Assembly (NCBI GenBank): GCA_000175855.1
Contig: ACYB01000036.1
Location: 35,497 to 67,496 of the forward strand
Direction: 5' to 3'
DNA: 32,000 nucleotides
From: Raphidiopsis brookii D9
GTDB taxonomy: Bacteria > Cyanobacteriota > Cyanobacteriia > Cyanobacteriales > Nostocaceae
Part shown: positions 1 to 10,237 of the stretch, in pieces
How positions within the stretch are numbered: position 1 is the first letter of the stretch
How the letters are laid out: each line of letters begins with the position of its first letter
Made by a program: the position numbers and the translations under genes
The notes under the pieces: generated by a model
Databases searched by the model: none
What the model was told of the DNA's origin: nothing
Seen by the model: only the letters and a program-made list of their open reading frames with translations

Positions 1-138
1 GAGCCAGTATAAGCCAGTAGTAGCAATTAACAGCAAAGTAATAATACCAGCCAAGATCCAACCAAAAGATAAGCGTTGATAATTCGCGTTCAAATTATTC
101 ACTTTTAACCTACTTTCCCGCCTTTTTGTCGCCACCAT
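1..138 (-). CDS. N-terminal fragment of a membrane protein of unknown function, running off the window edge
   Basis: Own reading of minus strand: ATG at 138 gives MVATKRRESRLKVNNLNANYQRLSFGWILAGIITLLLIATTGLYWL..., open to base 1, with one hydrophobic TM-like stretch. Confidence 0.5.
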   Translation of the reverse strand, partial: MVATKRRESRLKVNNLNANYQRLSFGWILAGIITLLLIATTGLYWL

Positions 139-175
139 ATAGTATAATTCGAGTTGGTAGTTTAACGATTATGTT

Positions 176-526
176 ATGATGACTGGTGAATCTTTTAAAG
201 AAATTCGAGTTCAAGAACTACAGCAACGTTTAATCCAGGATAGTTCCAATTTACAATTAATAGACGTGCGAGAACCACAAGAGGTTGCCATAGCACAAAT
301 TTCCGGTTTTGTCAACCTCCCCCTGAGTGAATATGATCAATGGCAAGGAGAAATTTCCGCTCGTTTTGAAACTTCTAAGGAAACCCTAGTATTATGCCAC
401 CATGGTTCAAGATCTGCTCAAATGTGCCAATGGCTTCTATCTCAGGGATTTACGGACGTTAGTAATATTGTAGGTGGGATAGATGCCTATTCTCTCTTAG
501 TGGATAATTCCATACCTCAATATTAG
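176..526 (+). CDS. Rhodanese-like domain protein
   Basis: LIDVREPQEVAIAQISG...LVLCHHGSRSAQMCQWLLSQGFTDVSNIVGGIDAY: rhodanese active-site loop (CHHGSRS) and C-terminal GGIDAY. Confidence 0.9.
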   Translation: MMTGESFKEIRVQELQQRLIQDSSNLQLIDVREPQEVAIAQISGFVNLPLSEYDQWQGEISARFETSKETLVLCHHGSRSAQMCQWLLSQGFTDVSNIVGGIDAYSLLVDNSIPQY

Positions 527-827
527 ACACTGTGTTTACGGATAGAAAGTGCTTAATCATCTTGCTACCCATTAAAAGGTAGCTTTTTGTATCAGCAAGC
601 ACAAACTTTTGCAAAAAATTTATGGGAATATGGTAGAATGGTTTGATATGGGTGTTTCAGTATAAGTAATACAAATATAGACAGGTAGTGCAAGCTGTTA
701 GATGTTAGGTTTGTTAAAGTAATAATTAATAATTAATCATAATTAATCTCTTTTTTAATTTCCCTTGTCCGTGTCGCGAGACAAACTTTTGCACCCCTTA
801 AAATACGCCTTCACCAAAATATACTTT

Positions 828-1910
828 ATGCAAGTCCAGCTGACAAATCGACAACAACATATACTATGGGCGACGGTAAGACATTACATTGCCACAGCGG
901 AACCAGTTGGTTCAAAAGCTTTAATTGAAGAATTTGATCTTGGTATTAGTTCTGCCACTATTCGCAGTGTAATGGGCGTTTTAGAAAAATCGGGTTTATT
1001 GTACCAACCCCACACTTCTGCGGGTAGGATTCCCTCGGATTCAGGTTATCGTATATATGTGAATCAGCTGATGAAACCGTCAGCAGCTCTGGTTAAGGAA
1101 GTGGAATCCACCTTACAGCAGCGACTCCCTTGGGATGATTGGAGTTTAGAAGCCTTATTACAGGGTGCGGCGCAAATTTTAGCGACTTTAAGTGGCTGTA
1201 TTACCCTAATTACCATGCCACAAGCTAACACTACCCAAATCCGACACTTACAACTTTTACAAGTGGAAAGGGGAAAAGTCATGTTGATTGTAGTCACTGA
1301 TGGATACGAAACCCATTCCAAAGTGGTGGACTTGTTCCCAGAATCAGGTGTAAATCAACTGGAAGCAGAAACGATTGACAGAGAACTACAAATACTTTCT
1401 AACTTTTTAAATACCAGCTTGCGTAACTATACCCTATCAGATCTAGCCAATATGAATTGGAGTGAACTAGATCGGGAATTTCAAAGTTATGGAGAACTGT
1501 TGAAAAAATCCTTGACAGAATTACTCAAGCGTGCGTCCAATCCGCCAAATAGCCAAATTATGGTGCGAGGTGTGGGAGAGGTGTTAAGACAACCGGAATT
1601 TTCCCAGTTGCAGCAAGTACAAACAATAATGCATCTCCTAGAAGAAGAACAAGAACAACTATGGAAATTAATATGTGACGAACCGGAGATAGAAGAAACT
1701 GGTCAACCCAAGGTGACAGTGCGTATTGGCGCAGAAAATCCCTTAGAACCTATGAGAAGCTGCTCCTTGATTTTTTCTAGTTATCGTAGGGGTACAATAC
1801 CTGTTGGGAGGGTAGGAGTTTTGGGCCCAACTAGGTTAGACTATGAAAATGCCATTGCAGTGGTAGCAGCAGCAGCAGCATATCTTTCGGAAGCATTTAA
1901 CTACTATTGA
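828..1910 (+). CDS. hrcA: Heat-inducible transcription repressor HrcA
   Basis: [32 protein letters not shown]...[42 protein letters not shown] is the HrcA wHTH signature. The track ORF starts at 765, but Met at 828 fits family starts better. Confidence 0.93.
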   Translation: MQVQLTNRQQHILWATVRHYIATAEPVGSKALIEEFDLGISSATIRSVMGVLEKSGLLYQPHTSAGRIPSDSGYRIYVNQLMKPSAALVKEVESTLQQRLPWDDWSLEALLQGAAQILATLSGCITLITMPQANTTQIRHLQLLQVERGKVMLIVVTDGYETHSKVVDLFPESGVNQLEAETIDRELQILSNFLNTSLRNYTLSDLANMNWSELDREFQSYGELLKKSLTELLKRASNPPNSQIMVRGVGEVLRQPEFSQLQQVQTIMHLLEEEQEQLWKLICDEPEIEETGQPKVTVRIGAENPLEPMRSCSLIFSSYRRGTIPVGRVGVLGPTRLDYENAIAVVAAAAAYLSEAFNYY

Positions 1911-1969
1911 TTTGCTTTTGCCATTGATGTTATGGTTTTGGTGTGTATGGAGTCTGGCGTGAGAAAATG

Positions 1970-2614
1970 TTAAGAAGAATAATTTTATTGGCAATATGGC
2001 TAGGGTTTGTTAGCTACGCCTTTTTCCTTGCTCCCCCTGATAACTTTCCCCTAACTGTAGAGCTAATCAAAAACCTTTGTGTAGGAAATTGGCAAGGTAT
2101 TAATCCTCTGATTATCGCCCTATTTTATTTAATGGGAATTTGGCCTTTGGTGTATAGTGCAGTCTTGTTTTTTGATGGAAGGGGACAAAAAATAGTGGCT
2201 TGGCCATTTGCATTTGCATCCTTTGGCGTTGGTGCTTTTGCTATTTTGCCCTATTTAGTTTTAAGAGCAGAAAACCCAGAATTTACGGGTGATAAGAACT
2301 GGTTTTTAAAAAATTTCGACTCTCGATGGACAGGAATTTCATTAAGTTTAGCAGCACTGGTTTTGGTAGGATATGGGTGGAGAGGGGATGGGTTTGATTT
2401 TATTCATCAATGGCAAACCAATAGGTTTATTCATGTAATGACCCTGGATTTTTTGTTGCTGAGTCTATTATTTCCCATACTATTGGGAGATGACATGACG
2501 CGACGGGGTTGGCACAATCATCGATTATGGTGGTTATTTGCCTTGATTCCCCTTTTTGGTCCTTTGGTTTATTTATGTGTTAGACCACCCACAAAAGAAT
2601 CAACCTCCCAATAA
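1970..2614 (+). CDS. Conserved cyanobacterial multi-TM membrane protein (DUF2834-like)
   Basis: MLRRIILLAIWLGFVSYAFFLAPPDNFPLTVELIKNL..., several hydrophobic segments; likely start is inside the 1943 ORF. Confidence 0.6.
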   Translation, partial: LRRIILLAIWLGFVSYAFFLAPPDNFPLTVELIKNLCVGNWQGINPLIIALFYLMGIWPLVYSAVLFFDGRGQKIVAWPFAFASFGVGAFAILPYLVLRAENPEFTGDKNWFLKNFDSRWTGISLSLAALVLVGYGWRGDGFDFIHQWQTNRFIHVMTLDFLLLSLLFPILLGDDMTRRGWHNHRLWWLFALIPLFGPLVYLCVRPPTKESTSQ

Positions 2615-2652
2615 GTAGAAATAATTGCCGATTGATACAATAGATAAAATAT

Positions 2653-3414
2653 ATGCAGATCATGAGCGAAAAAACAGATAGTAAGAAATCAGAACCTAGC
2701 CAGGATGAAAGCTTCTCAGCCAAAGAGTTTTTCAATAGACAATGGGAACTTTACCAAAAAGTATTAAACAATAATTACATGGGACATCAGGAAATATATG
2801 ATGTGCTACACAAATTATTAGCTCAATGGTCAAAACCCTTTACTATGCTAGATTTAGGGTGTGGGGATGCCAGTTTTACTAGTCGAGCTTTATTAAACAC
2901 CCAAATTACTGAATATACGGGTGTAGACGTATCCACAGCTGCACTAGTGGATGCTGAACAAAACATTGCCCTAATTGGGTGCGAGAGAAAACTTGTGTCA
3001 GTAGACTGTTGGCAATTCATCAATGATTTAGTCCAATATGGAACCCCAAAATTTGATGTTGTTCTCATATCCTTTGCTCTTCACCATTTGCAACCGGAGG
3101 AAAAAGAACAGGTAATTGATAATATCAGAACCCTGTTAAATCCCCATGGGGTTTTCATCCTTATTGACATCATTCGTCAAAAAAAGGAAGATCGGGAAAG
3201 TTATATACAACGCTATTTAGGGAATGTGAAAAGGGACTGGTCTTTAATTGACCCCCAAGAGTATACAATGGTGGAAAATCATATTTCATCCAGTGATTTT
3301 CCTGAAACTCAGTTCTGGTTTCAAACCATCTCTCAAAAACTGGGTTTTATTAACTTCACACCAGTTTATTGTGATGATTTAGATACTACACAGCTATTGT
3401 GTTTTTATCCCTAG
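2653..3414 (+). CDS. Class I SAM-dependent methyltransferase
   Basis: FTMLDLGCGDASFTSRALL...ITEYTGVDVS...FDVVLISFALHHLQPEEK: motif I plus post-motifs of class I methyltransferases. Confidence 0.85.
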   Translation: MQIMSEKTDSKKSEPSQDESFSAKEFFNRQWELYQKVLNNNYMGHQEIYDVLHKLLAQWSKPFTMLDLGCGDASFTSRALLNTQITEYTGVDVSTAALVDAEQNIALIGCERKLVSVDCWQFINDLVQYGTPKFDVVLISFALHHLQPEEKEQVIDNIRTLLNPHGVFILIDIIRQKKEDRESYIQRYLGNVKRDWSLIDPQEYTMVENHISSSDFPETQFWFQTISQKLGFINFTPVYCDDLDTTQLLCFYP

Positions 3415-3508
3415 AGACCAGGAAACATACCATACATTCGGGTTTAGTAAGGTCAAACTGTTCTGTGTCTGGTTTTTTGTGCTAGATATTGACCTAATTG
3501 AGAAGTAT

Positions 3509-4408
3509 TTACACTTTTTTACCTGCAGCAGCAGTCTGATTTTGAAACAATACAAAAGCAGCAACAGCGATTAAAAAATAACCAAAATACTTCTGTAATT
3601 TTCTTCCATCAATGAACCCAGACAGATAACCACCAAAAAAACTACCTAAACTAGCAGCAACAATAAAACTACCTATTAAGTTCCAATCCAAATTCACACG
3701 TCCTAAATAACCCAAAAAACCTGCCATCGCATTAGCTACTAAAATCAACAAAGAAGTACCAATGGCTTCTTTCATGGGTGTTTTACCTAAAATTACTAAA
3801 GCAGGAACAATGGCAAAACCACCTCCAACTCCTATCAACCCAGTTAATGTTCCTACTCCTAACCCCTCGGTTAATAACCATAACCAGCAATACTTGCAAA
3901 CTGGGGGTTGGTAAATATGCTCGTAAACATCATCTTGATAAATATCTTGATCCTGTGGTGGATAACCCTGATCTAAATCCAAAGATCTATCCTTTCTTGG
4001 TTCTAGATCCTTTTGGTATTTTATGGATGATTTATCTGGATTTTGCCTACTCCTTCTGATCATAAGGAATGCTGCTATCAACATCACAATTGCAAAAAGC
4101 AGCATTTGTAAATTGTCAGTAATAAATGGTAACCCTGCAATTTTAGCACCTAAAAAGGCACCTAACATGGTCGCAGAGCCAAAAATAAACGCTTTACGAA
4201 AATTGATGTTTCGATTTTTCCAATGAGGAATTAATCCAATCAAGCTGACCGTACCAACAATGATTAGGGTCATGGCAATTGCTGACTTGGTTGGCACCCC
4301 CATCACATACACTAAAACCGGTAGGGCTAAAACTGAACCACCACCACCTATTAACCCTAAGCTAATACCTATTCCAGTCGCCAAAATATGTCCTAAGATC
4401 CACATCAT
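3509..4408 (-). CDS. TauE/SafE family sulfite exporter / permease
   Basis: ILATGIGISLGLIGGGGSVLALPVLVYVMGVP...GTLTGLIGVGGGFAIVPALVILGKTPMKEAIGTSLLI: duplicated GxxGGGG motifs. Confidence 0.88.
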   Translation of the reverse strand: MMWILGHILATGIGISLGLIGGGGSVLALPVLVYVMGVPTKSAIAMTLIIVGTVSLIGLIPHWKNRNINFRKAFIFGSATMLGAFLGAKIAGLPFITDNLQMLLFAIVMLIAAFLMIRRSRQNPDKSSIKYQKDLEPRKDRSLDLDQGYPPQDQDIYQDDVYEHIYQPPVCKYCWLWLLTEGLGVGTLTGLIGVGGGFAIVPALVILGKTPMKEAIGTSLLILVANAMAGFLGYLGRVNLDWNLIGSFIVAASLGSFFGGYLSGFIDGRKLQKYFGYFLIAVAAFVLFQNQTAAAGKKV

Positions 4409-4479
4409 AGTTTCTCATACCCAACTTCACAATCCACCAATTTTTAAAAACAGACCCCCTGTAGGGAGTCTTAGTATTT

Positions 4480-5019
4480 TCAACCTCTTTGGTTATAGGG
4501 CAATTTCTTCAATAGCATAGCCATGGTACAAGTATTGGTTAACCCAGCAAATACTAAACCAGTCCCTACAAAACCACTTAAAATTAAAAACCAAGGAGAA
4601 ACCAAAACTCCTAAAACTGTCCCAGTAACCACCAAAGTTCCTGCCACTATTTGCACTTGTCTCATTATACTTATAGGAGCATTCTTATTCCTATTAGTTA
4701 CATATCCTAACTTTTTCCAAGCACTAATTCCTCCCTGCAATTGACTGAAATCTCTAAATCCAAATTCTATTAATCTATGGGCAGCTTGTTTGGATCTATT
4801 TCCTGAATGGCAATAAAGAACTATCTTTTTGCCAGTTAATAAGGATATTTTTTCTGGATCTAATTTTGATAGAGACAAAAGTTGAGAACCAGGAATATGC
4901 TCACCCATAAATTCTTCCTGCTCTCTCACATCTATCAAATGTACTCTTTGGTTTTCTAACAATTCTTTCACCTGTGAAGCATCTAATACTTGTAATTCTT
5001 CTTTGCCTGAAATCTCCAT
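4480..5019 (-). CDS. Rhodanese domain fused to YgaP/DUF2892-like transmembrane segment
   Basis: HLIDVREQEEFMGEHIPGS...IVLYCHSGNRSKQAAHRL...LQGGISAWKKLGY followed by hydrophobic segment LVVTGTVLGVLVSPWFLILSGFVGTGLVFAGLTNTCTMAMLLKKLPYN. Confidence 0.88.
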   Translation of the reverse strand: MEISGKEELQVLDASQVKELLENQRVHLIDVREQEEFMGEHIPGSQLLSLSKLDPEKISLLTGKKIVLYCHSGNRSKQAAHRLIEFGFRDFSQLQGGISAWKKLGYVTNRNKNAPISIMRQVQIVAGTLVVTGTVLGVLVSPWFLILSGFVGTGLVFAGLTNTCTMAMLLKKLPYNQRG

Positions 5020-5071
5020 TTGCCTACTCCTGTCGCTATATTTACCAATTTATCCCGTTGAAACTCCACCC

Positions 5072-5766
5072 TTAAACCGCCTTACCGCAAAGTTGATTCG
5101 CAGGAACCGCTGCCATCATTTTTTGAGGATTTGGCAAGTTTAATTCATTCATTAGTTTGACAAATGTCTCCCTGGTATATCCTTTAAAACGAGGGTTATA
5201 TTTTCTTTCTTCACCGATAGTAGAAACTGTAAAACCTCTATAGTCATGTCCCGGGTAAACTTCTATTTCGTCCGGAAGTGTAAACAATTTTTCGGTGACA
5301 ATGTCAAACAGAGTTTCCGCACTTCCACTTTGAAAATCAGTTCTCCCACAACCCTAATTAATAATGAATCTCCAGTAAATAACTTCTCTTGATTGACTAA
5401 AAAGGCTAAATGACTGTCCGTATGTCCCGGTGTACCAATCGCTAAAATATTAATCGCCCCTATGGTTAATATCTCCCCATCTTCCATCTGTTTGTCCGCA
5501 CAACTGACATCAGAATTAGCAGGTACAATCCCCAAACACCCTGTTCGCTCCCGCAATTTACCCGTACCTGTGATATGATCAGCATGAATATGAGTTTCTA
5601 AGCAATACTGCAATGTTAAACCTAGTTCCTCAATTAACTGTAAGTCCCTTTCTACTTGCTCCACCACAGGATCTACTAGCACAGCCGCTTCTGTCTGCTC
5701 GTCAGCAATTAAGTATGTATATGTGCTAGATTCTCTGTCAAAAAGTTGTCTAAATAACATATTCAC
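5072..5766 (-). pseudogene. MBL-fold persulfide dioxygenase / ETHE1-Blh-like protein, split by a single-base frameshift
   Basis: ORF 5263..5766 carries ETHIHADHITG and GHTDSH; ORF 5072..5287 carries [26 protein letters not shown]. Adding one G at 5352-5354 gives [44 protein letters not shown]. (695+1) is divisible by 3. Confidence 0.85.
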
Positions 5767-5871
5767 CCTTCACTTTTACACTTTGCCTACTTGATAATCT
5801 CATCATATTACTATATAGTAGAATAGTCAAGTGCAAATTTCAGAAATTCTCTAAAATTTTCCCAGTTTTTT

Positions 5872-6203
5872 ATGTCAAGTATGTATCCAGAAGCTCTAAT
5901 CCATGTTGCAGAATATTTTAAAGTGTTATCGGAAGTAAGTCGATTACAGGTTTTGTGCTGTTTGAAGACAGGAGCAAAAAATGTTACCCAGGTGATAGCA
6001 GAAACTGGTCTTGGTCAAGCCAATGTGTCTAAACACCTGAAGATTCTGACTCAAGCGGGTATTGTCAAAAGAAGACCTGAAGGGTAATGGTGGTTTATGA
6101 GATTGTGGATCCCATATTGTTTCAATTGTGCGATTTAGTGTGCGATCGCCTGCAGGTTAGATTAGAAGAGCAGACTAGGGAGATACAGGATCTTAAACTA
6201 TAA
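5872..6203 (+). pseudogene. ArsR-family regulator (SqrR/BigR-like), apparent 1-bp frameshift
   Basis: YFKVLSEVSRLQVLCCLKTGAKNVTQVIAETGLGQANVSKHLKILTQAGIVKRRPEG then stop. Adding one G at 6082-6084 continues as VMVVYEIVDPILFQLCDLVCDRLQVRLEEQTREIQDLKL-stop. Confidence 0.8.
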
Positions 6204-6230
6204 TAAATTCCCCAGATACTTGGAGTTCTA

Positions 6231-7517
6231 CTAGCTGAATTGCTCCTCCGTATCCAAATTGAATAACATTTGTAAAGTTCGCATACAGTTACGTCTGGTT
6301 TCTATGTCCTGTTGTGATCGCAATTGTACCATAGGATCATGTAATATTTTATTAACTATTCCTCTAGTCAGAGCTTCAATTACTTCCTGATGTTTTTCGC
6401 CAAATTCCGAACCCAATCGGGAAAGAGCCTTTTGTAATTCTTGTTCACGGATGTGTTCGATTTTATTTCTCAAAGAACTAATAGTAGAGACGGTTTCCAA
6501 ACTGCGCCACCAGATATCAAAAGACTCCACCTCTTCGTCCAGGATTTTTTCAGCTTCCTGGGCCATTTTGCGACGACTTTCGTAGTTTTGAGCTACGACT
6601 GCTTTTAAGTCATCCACATTAAAAACCTGGACATTATTTAAATGACTTACATCCGAGTCCACATTGCGAGGCACAGAGATATCAAACAACATGAGAGAAT
6701 GGTTAGGGTCTAAAGCCATTTCTAATTTAGAGCGGTTGATAATTGGTTCTGTGGAGGAAGTACTAGTAAAGACTAAATCACTATGAGAAATAACAGACAT
6801 CATTTCCGGGAGGAGATGAATGTGAATAGTCACCTCTGGGAACTGTTTAGCCAGTTCTGCTGCTCGCTCCCGGGAGCGATTAACAATACTAATATGGGAT
6901 GCGCCCTTAGAAATCAAATGTTGTACCAGTAGACGAGACATTTTTCCCGCACCCACAATTAGTACCCGGTATAGTTCTAAATTTTCTACCTTAATTTGTG
7001 CCAACTCTACAGCTGCTGAACTAATAGATACCGCTCCAGTGCCAATACTCGTTTCAGAACGAACTCTTTTACCAGCAGTTAAAGCTTGTTTAAATAAACG
7101 ATTTAAAATTGTTTTTACACCATTGTATTGCTGTCCCAGTTTGTGAGTATTTTTCACCTGAGCCAGAATTTGTCCTTCTCCAAGAACTAGACTATCCAAA
7201 CCAGCAGCAACTCGCAAGATGTGAGTCACAGCATCAGTATGGATGAGAGTAAACAGATGTTGACGTAAAGAACCTACTGGTAGTTTGCTATGCTCAGCCA
7301 GAAACTGGGTCACTTCCCGAATTCCCTGGGGGATATCGCTGCTGACAACATAAATTTCTAACCGGTTACAGGTACTGAGGATAGCCACCTCATCAATGTG
7401 AGGATAGTTGAGCAAGTGAGCGATCGCACTTTCGGTTTGGGGTTCAGGAATACTTAGTTTTTCTCTTACTTCAACTGGGGCTGTTTTGTGACTTAACCCC
7501 ACTACTGCAATATTCAT
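6231..7517 (-). CDS. hemA: Glutamyl-tRNA reductase
   Basis: [25 protein letters not shown]...[13 protein letters not shown]...[10 protein letters not shown]: HemA hallmarks. Start trimmed to [10 protein letters not shown] from the longer track ORF (7607). Confidence 0.96.
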   Translation of the reverse strand: MNIAVVGLSHKTAPVEVREKLSIPEPQTESAIAHLLNYPHIDEVAILSTCNRLEIYVVSSDIPQGIREVTQFLAEHSKLPVGSLRQHLFTLIHTDAVTHILRVAAGLDSLVLGEGQILAQVKNTHKLGQQYNGVKTILNRLFKQALTAGKRVRSETSIGTGAVSISSAAVELAQIKVENLELYRVLIVGAGKMSRLLVQHLISKGASHISIVNRSRERAAELAKQFPEVTIHIHLLPEMMSVISHSDLVFTSTSSTEPIINRSKLEMALDPNHSLMLFDISVPRNVDSDVSHLNNVQVFNVDDLKAVVAQNYESRRKMAQEAEKILDEEVESFDIWWRSLETVSTISSLRNKIEHIREQELQKALSRLGSEFGEKHQEVIEALTRGIVNKILHDPMVQLRSQQDIETRRNCMRTLQMLFNLDTEEQFS

Positions 7518-7635
7518 CTTTAATTTCTTATGACTGGAATAACGCTCTTGCTGTTTTTCGTAGTTGTCATGGCAAAGGGTAACAAGTAATGGTATACCAG
7601 TTACCAATTACCCTTTACCAGCTAGTTAACAAAAA

Positions 7636-8673
7636 TTAGTGGAGTTGTACAACTTTAGGTTGTTCAAACATGTGAATAGTATCTACAAAGCGAGCAGTCT
7701 TAGACTGAGTAGAAATGACCAAACTTTGAGTTCTTGCACCACCGTGGAAGAACCGCACACCTTGCATCAAATTACCACTAGTAATACCACAAGCTGCAAA
7801 CAACACAGTTTGACCAGATGCCAATTCATGAGCATCATAAACTTTATCTGGTTCATTAATACCCATAGAAGAAAGTCGTTCTAAATTAGACTCCTTGCTT
7901 TCGCCAATCAAACCAGTTTTAACCACTGCGGGATCGTAAATTAACTGACCTTGGAAGTGACCACCCAGGGCCCGCATAGCAGCAGCAGAAATTACACCTT
8001 CAGGAGCTGCACCAATACCCATGAGAGCGTGGATATTAGTACCAGCAAAACCGCAAGACAAAGCTGCACCGACATCACCATCAGAGATCAATTGAACTCT
8101 TGCACCAGCTTCGCGGATCTCCTTAATTAAATCATTGTGGCGTTCGCGCTTCATAACAACGACCACCAGTTCTTCGATAGATCGGCCTAAGCATTCAGAC
8201 AGAATCTTGAGGTTTTCAGTAGCTGACTTGTTGATATCAACCTTACCCTTAGCTGCTGGGGGTGCGGCCAACTTCTTCATATAGAAGTCAGGAGCAGCAA
8301 ACAGACCTCCTCGTTCAGAAATTGCTAAAACTGCCATGGAACCGGGTTGTCCATAAGCTACCAGATTAGTACCTTCACAAGGGTCAACAGCAATATCAAT
8401 TTCCATTAATTCATCAGGGCTACAGGAAATAGCATTGTCTGGACTAGCACAAACTCCCACTTCCTCACCAATGTAAAGCATGGGCGCGTCATCACGTTCT
8501 CCCTCACCAATTACAATGCGACCGCGCATATAGATTTTATTCATCCGTTCACGCATAGCTTCCACTGCTACCTGGTCAGCAGTGTTCTTTTCACCCTTAC
8601 CCATCCACTTTGCAGAGGCGATCGCAGCTTGTTCGACAACCTCAATAATTTCTAAACCAATTGTATTTTCCAC
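7636..8673 (-). CDS. glpX: Class II fructose-1,6-bisphosphatase / sedoheptulose-1,7-bisphosphatase
   Basis: [45 protein letters not shown]...[16 protein letters not shown]...[12 protein letters not shown]: GlpX family. Confidence 0.95.
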   Translation of the reverse strand: MENTIGLEIIEVVEQAAIASAKWMGKGEKNTADQVAVEAMRERMNKIYMRGRIVIGEGERDDAPMLYIGEEVGVCASPDNAISCSPDELMEIDIAVDPCEGTNLVAYGQPGSMAVLAISERGGLFAAPDFYMKKLAAPPAAKGKVDINKSATENLKILSECLGRSIEELVVVVMKRERHNDLIKEIREAGARVQLISDGDVGAALSCGFAGTNIHALMGIGAAPEGVISAAAMRALGGHFQGQLIYDPAVVKTGLIGESKESNLERLSSMGINEPDKVYDAHELASGQTVLFAACGITSGNLMQGVRFFHGGARTQSLVISTQSKTARFVDTIHMFEQPKVVQLH

Positions 8674-8869
8674 AGGTCTACCCTCTTAATTGCTGATCTT
8701 TAGCGACTTTTGCTATGGCTATTTCAGTCTATAAGTCTACCAAAGTCCGGTACTTCAATGAGAAATACTTTGGATAATCAGTTTGTTAAGTTTTACAACC
8801 AGGAGAAGACACCGGTCTATTTTCCGATGCACAAGGATAAAATTTTGTCAAGTAAACAAGGATTAAGAA

Positions 8870-9427
8870 GTGGAAGGCAAAAATATCGAATCCGACTACC
8901 TATCACTGATTAAATATCATCAGGGATGGATGAGTGAAGCTCTTAAACTAGCACAGATTGCGGGTGATGCAGGGGAAGTACCCGTGGGATGTATAATTGT
9001 TAATTCCCAGGGTGATTTAATTGGTCAGGGGGAAAATCGCAAACAACGGGATCAAGATCCTACCGCTCATGCAGAAATTGTTGCCATTCGTTCAGCAGCA
9101 AGAACCTTACAAAATTGGCATCTAGATCAATGTACACTTTATGTCACACTGGAGCCATGTCCTATGTGCGCTGGTGCTATCATTCACGCAAGGTTACAGA
9201 CTTTAGTCTACGCGGTAGACGATCCTAAAACTGGTGCCATTCGTACTGTTATTAACATACCTAGTAGTCCTGCATCCAATCACCGGTTACGAATTATTGG
9301 AGGTATTCTGGAATCTGCTTCCCGTCAACAATTACAGTCTTGGTTTGTATATCAAAGATCCCAAAAAACTCAAAAATCTGGTTACGGATCAAATGGTAAT
9401 GAGTTATCGACAGAGGAAATTAGGTAA
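8870..9427 (+). CDS. tadA: tRNA(adenine34) deaminase (nucleoside deaminase)
   Basis: DPTAHAEIVAIRSAARTL...TLYVTLEPCPMCAGAIIHARLQTLVYAVDDPKTGA: HAE and PCxxC zinc motifs. Exact start uncertain. Confidence 0.92.
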   Translation: MEGKNIESDYLSLIKYHQGWMSEALKLAQIAGDAGEVPVGCIIVNSQGDLIGQGENRKQRDQDPTAHAEIVAIRSAARTLQNWHLDQCTLYVTLEPCPMCAGAIIHARLQTLVYAVDDPKTGAIRTVINIPSSPASNHRLRIIGGILESASRQQLQSWFVYQRSQKTQKSGYGSNGNELSTEEIR

Positions 9428-9474
9428 ATTAGAAATAATCCAATTTGCGTCACATCCCCTAACTAGTAACCATC

Positions 9475-10215
9475 ATGAAGGAACCTCACTCCGCTTCGAC
9501 CAGTTTTGCGGATCAGTCTCCAAATATTTGCTTAGATCCTCCCTTTTCCCACACTAGGTCCTGGATTTCTCCCTGGTTAACACCCTTGGCCTATTGGTTA
9601 GGATATCATCTAGTTATACCCTTGTTTTTTGGTTCTATTCATGTTGAGGGTCAAGAACATATTCCCATTAGAGGTCCAGTAATTCTAGCACCCACACACC
9701 GTTCTCGTTGGGATCCCCTGCTTTTAGCTTATGCTGCGGGGCGTTATATCACCGGAAGGGATCTGAGATTTATGGTGATGAGTAGTGAATGTCGAGGAAT
9801 ACAAGGTTGGTTTATTCTCAGTATGGGTGGTTTTGCTGTCAATCTTCAACGTCCGGGGATCAAATCTCTACGTCATGTTATAGATTTAATGTTGGGGGGA
9901 GAAATGTTAGTTATTTATCCGGAAGGTGGAATTTTTCGAGATGGTAAGATTCATCCCTTAAAATCCGGTATAGCTCGTTTGTCTATAAATGCCCAATCTC
10001 TAGACCCTAATTTAGACATCAAGATTATACCTGTTTCCATTAATTACGATCGACCCTATCCTAATTGGGGAACAAAAGTCAAAATTTGTATTGGTGAACC
10101 AGTTAAAGTTGCTGACTATATGCATGGTTGTTTAAAACAGAATTCTCAATATTTAACTAGGGATTTAAGAAGTAAATTACAAGAAGTTGCTGATTCCCAA
10201 CCAGTTTCTCTTTAG
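9475..10215 (+). CDS. plsC: 1-acyl-sn-glycerol-3-phosphate acyltransferase family protein
   Basis: GPVILAPTHRSRWDPLLL and VIYPEGGIFRDGKIHPLKSGIARLS: PlsC-family H-x4-D and PEG motifs (HRSRWD here). Confidence 0.82.
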   Translation: MKEPHSASTSFADQSPNICLDPPFSHTRSWISPWLTPLAYWLGYHLVIPLFFGSIHVEGQEHIPIRGPVILAPTHRSRWDPLLLAYAAGRYITGRDLRFMVMSSECRGIQGWFILSMGGFAVNLQRPGIKSLRHVIDLMLGGEMLVIYPEGGIFRDGKIHPLKSGIARLSINAQSLDPNLDIKIIPVSINYDRPYPNWGTKVKICIGEPVKVADYMHGCLKQNSQYLTRDLRSKLQEVADSQPVSL

Positions 10216-10237
10216 GAGCTAATTGCTTCCCCCACTC

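Noticed and set aside
719-752. AT-rich taattaataattaatcataatta tract upstream of hrcA as a regulatory repeat (e.g. CIRCE)
   Set aside because: It does not match the CIRCE consensus (TTAGCACTC-N9-GAGTGCTAA); likely just an AT-rich promoter region.
4023-4226. Short plus-strand ORFs 3778..4059, 4023..4226, 4260..4520 and 4523..4744
   Set aside because: They overlap the TauE/SafE and rhodanese genes on the opposite strand; no independent support.
8710-8913. 67-aa ORF upstream of tadA
   Set aside because: Overlaps the tadA start and has no recognisable domain. It may be noise or part of a leader region.
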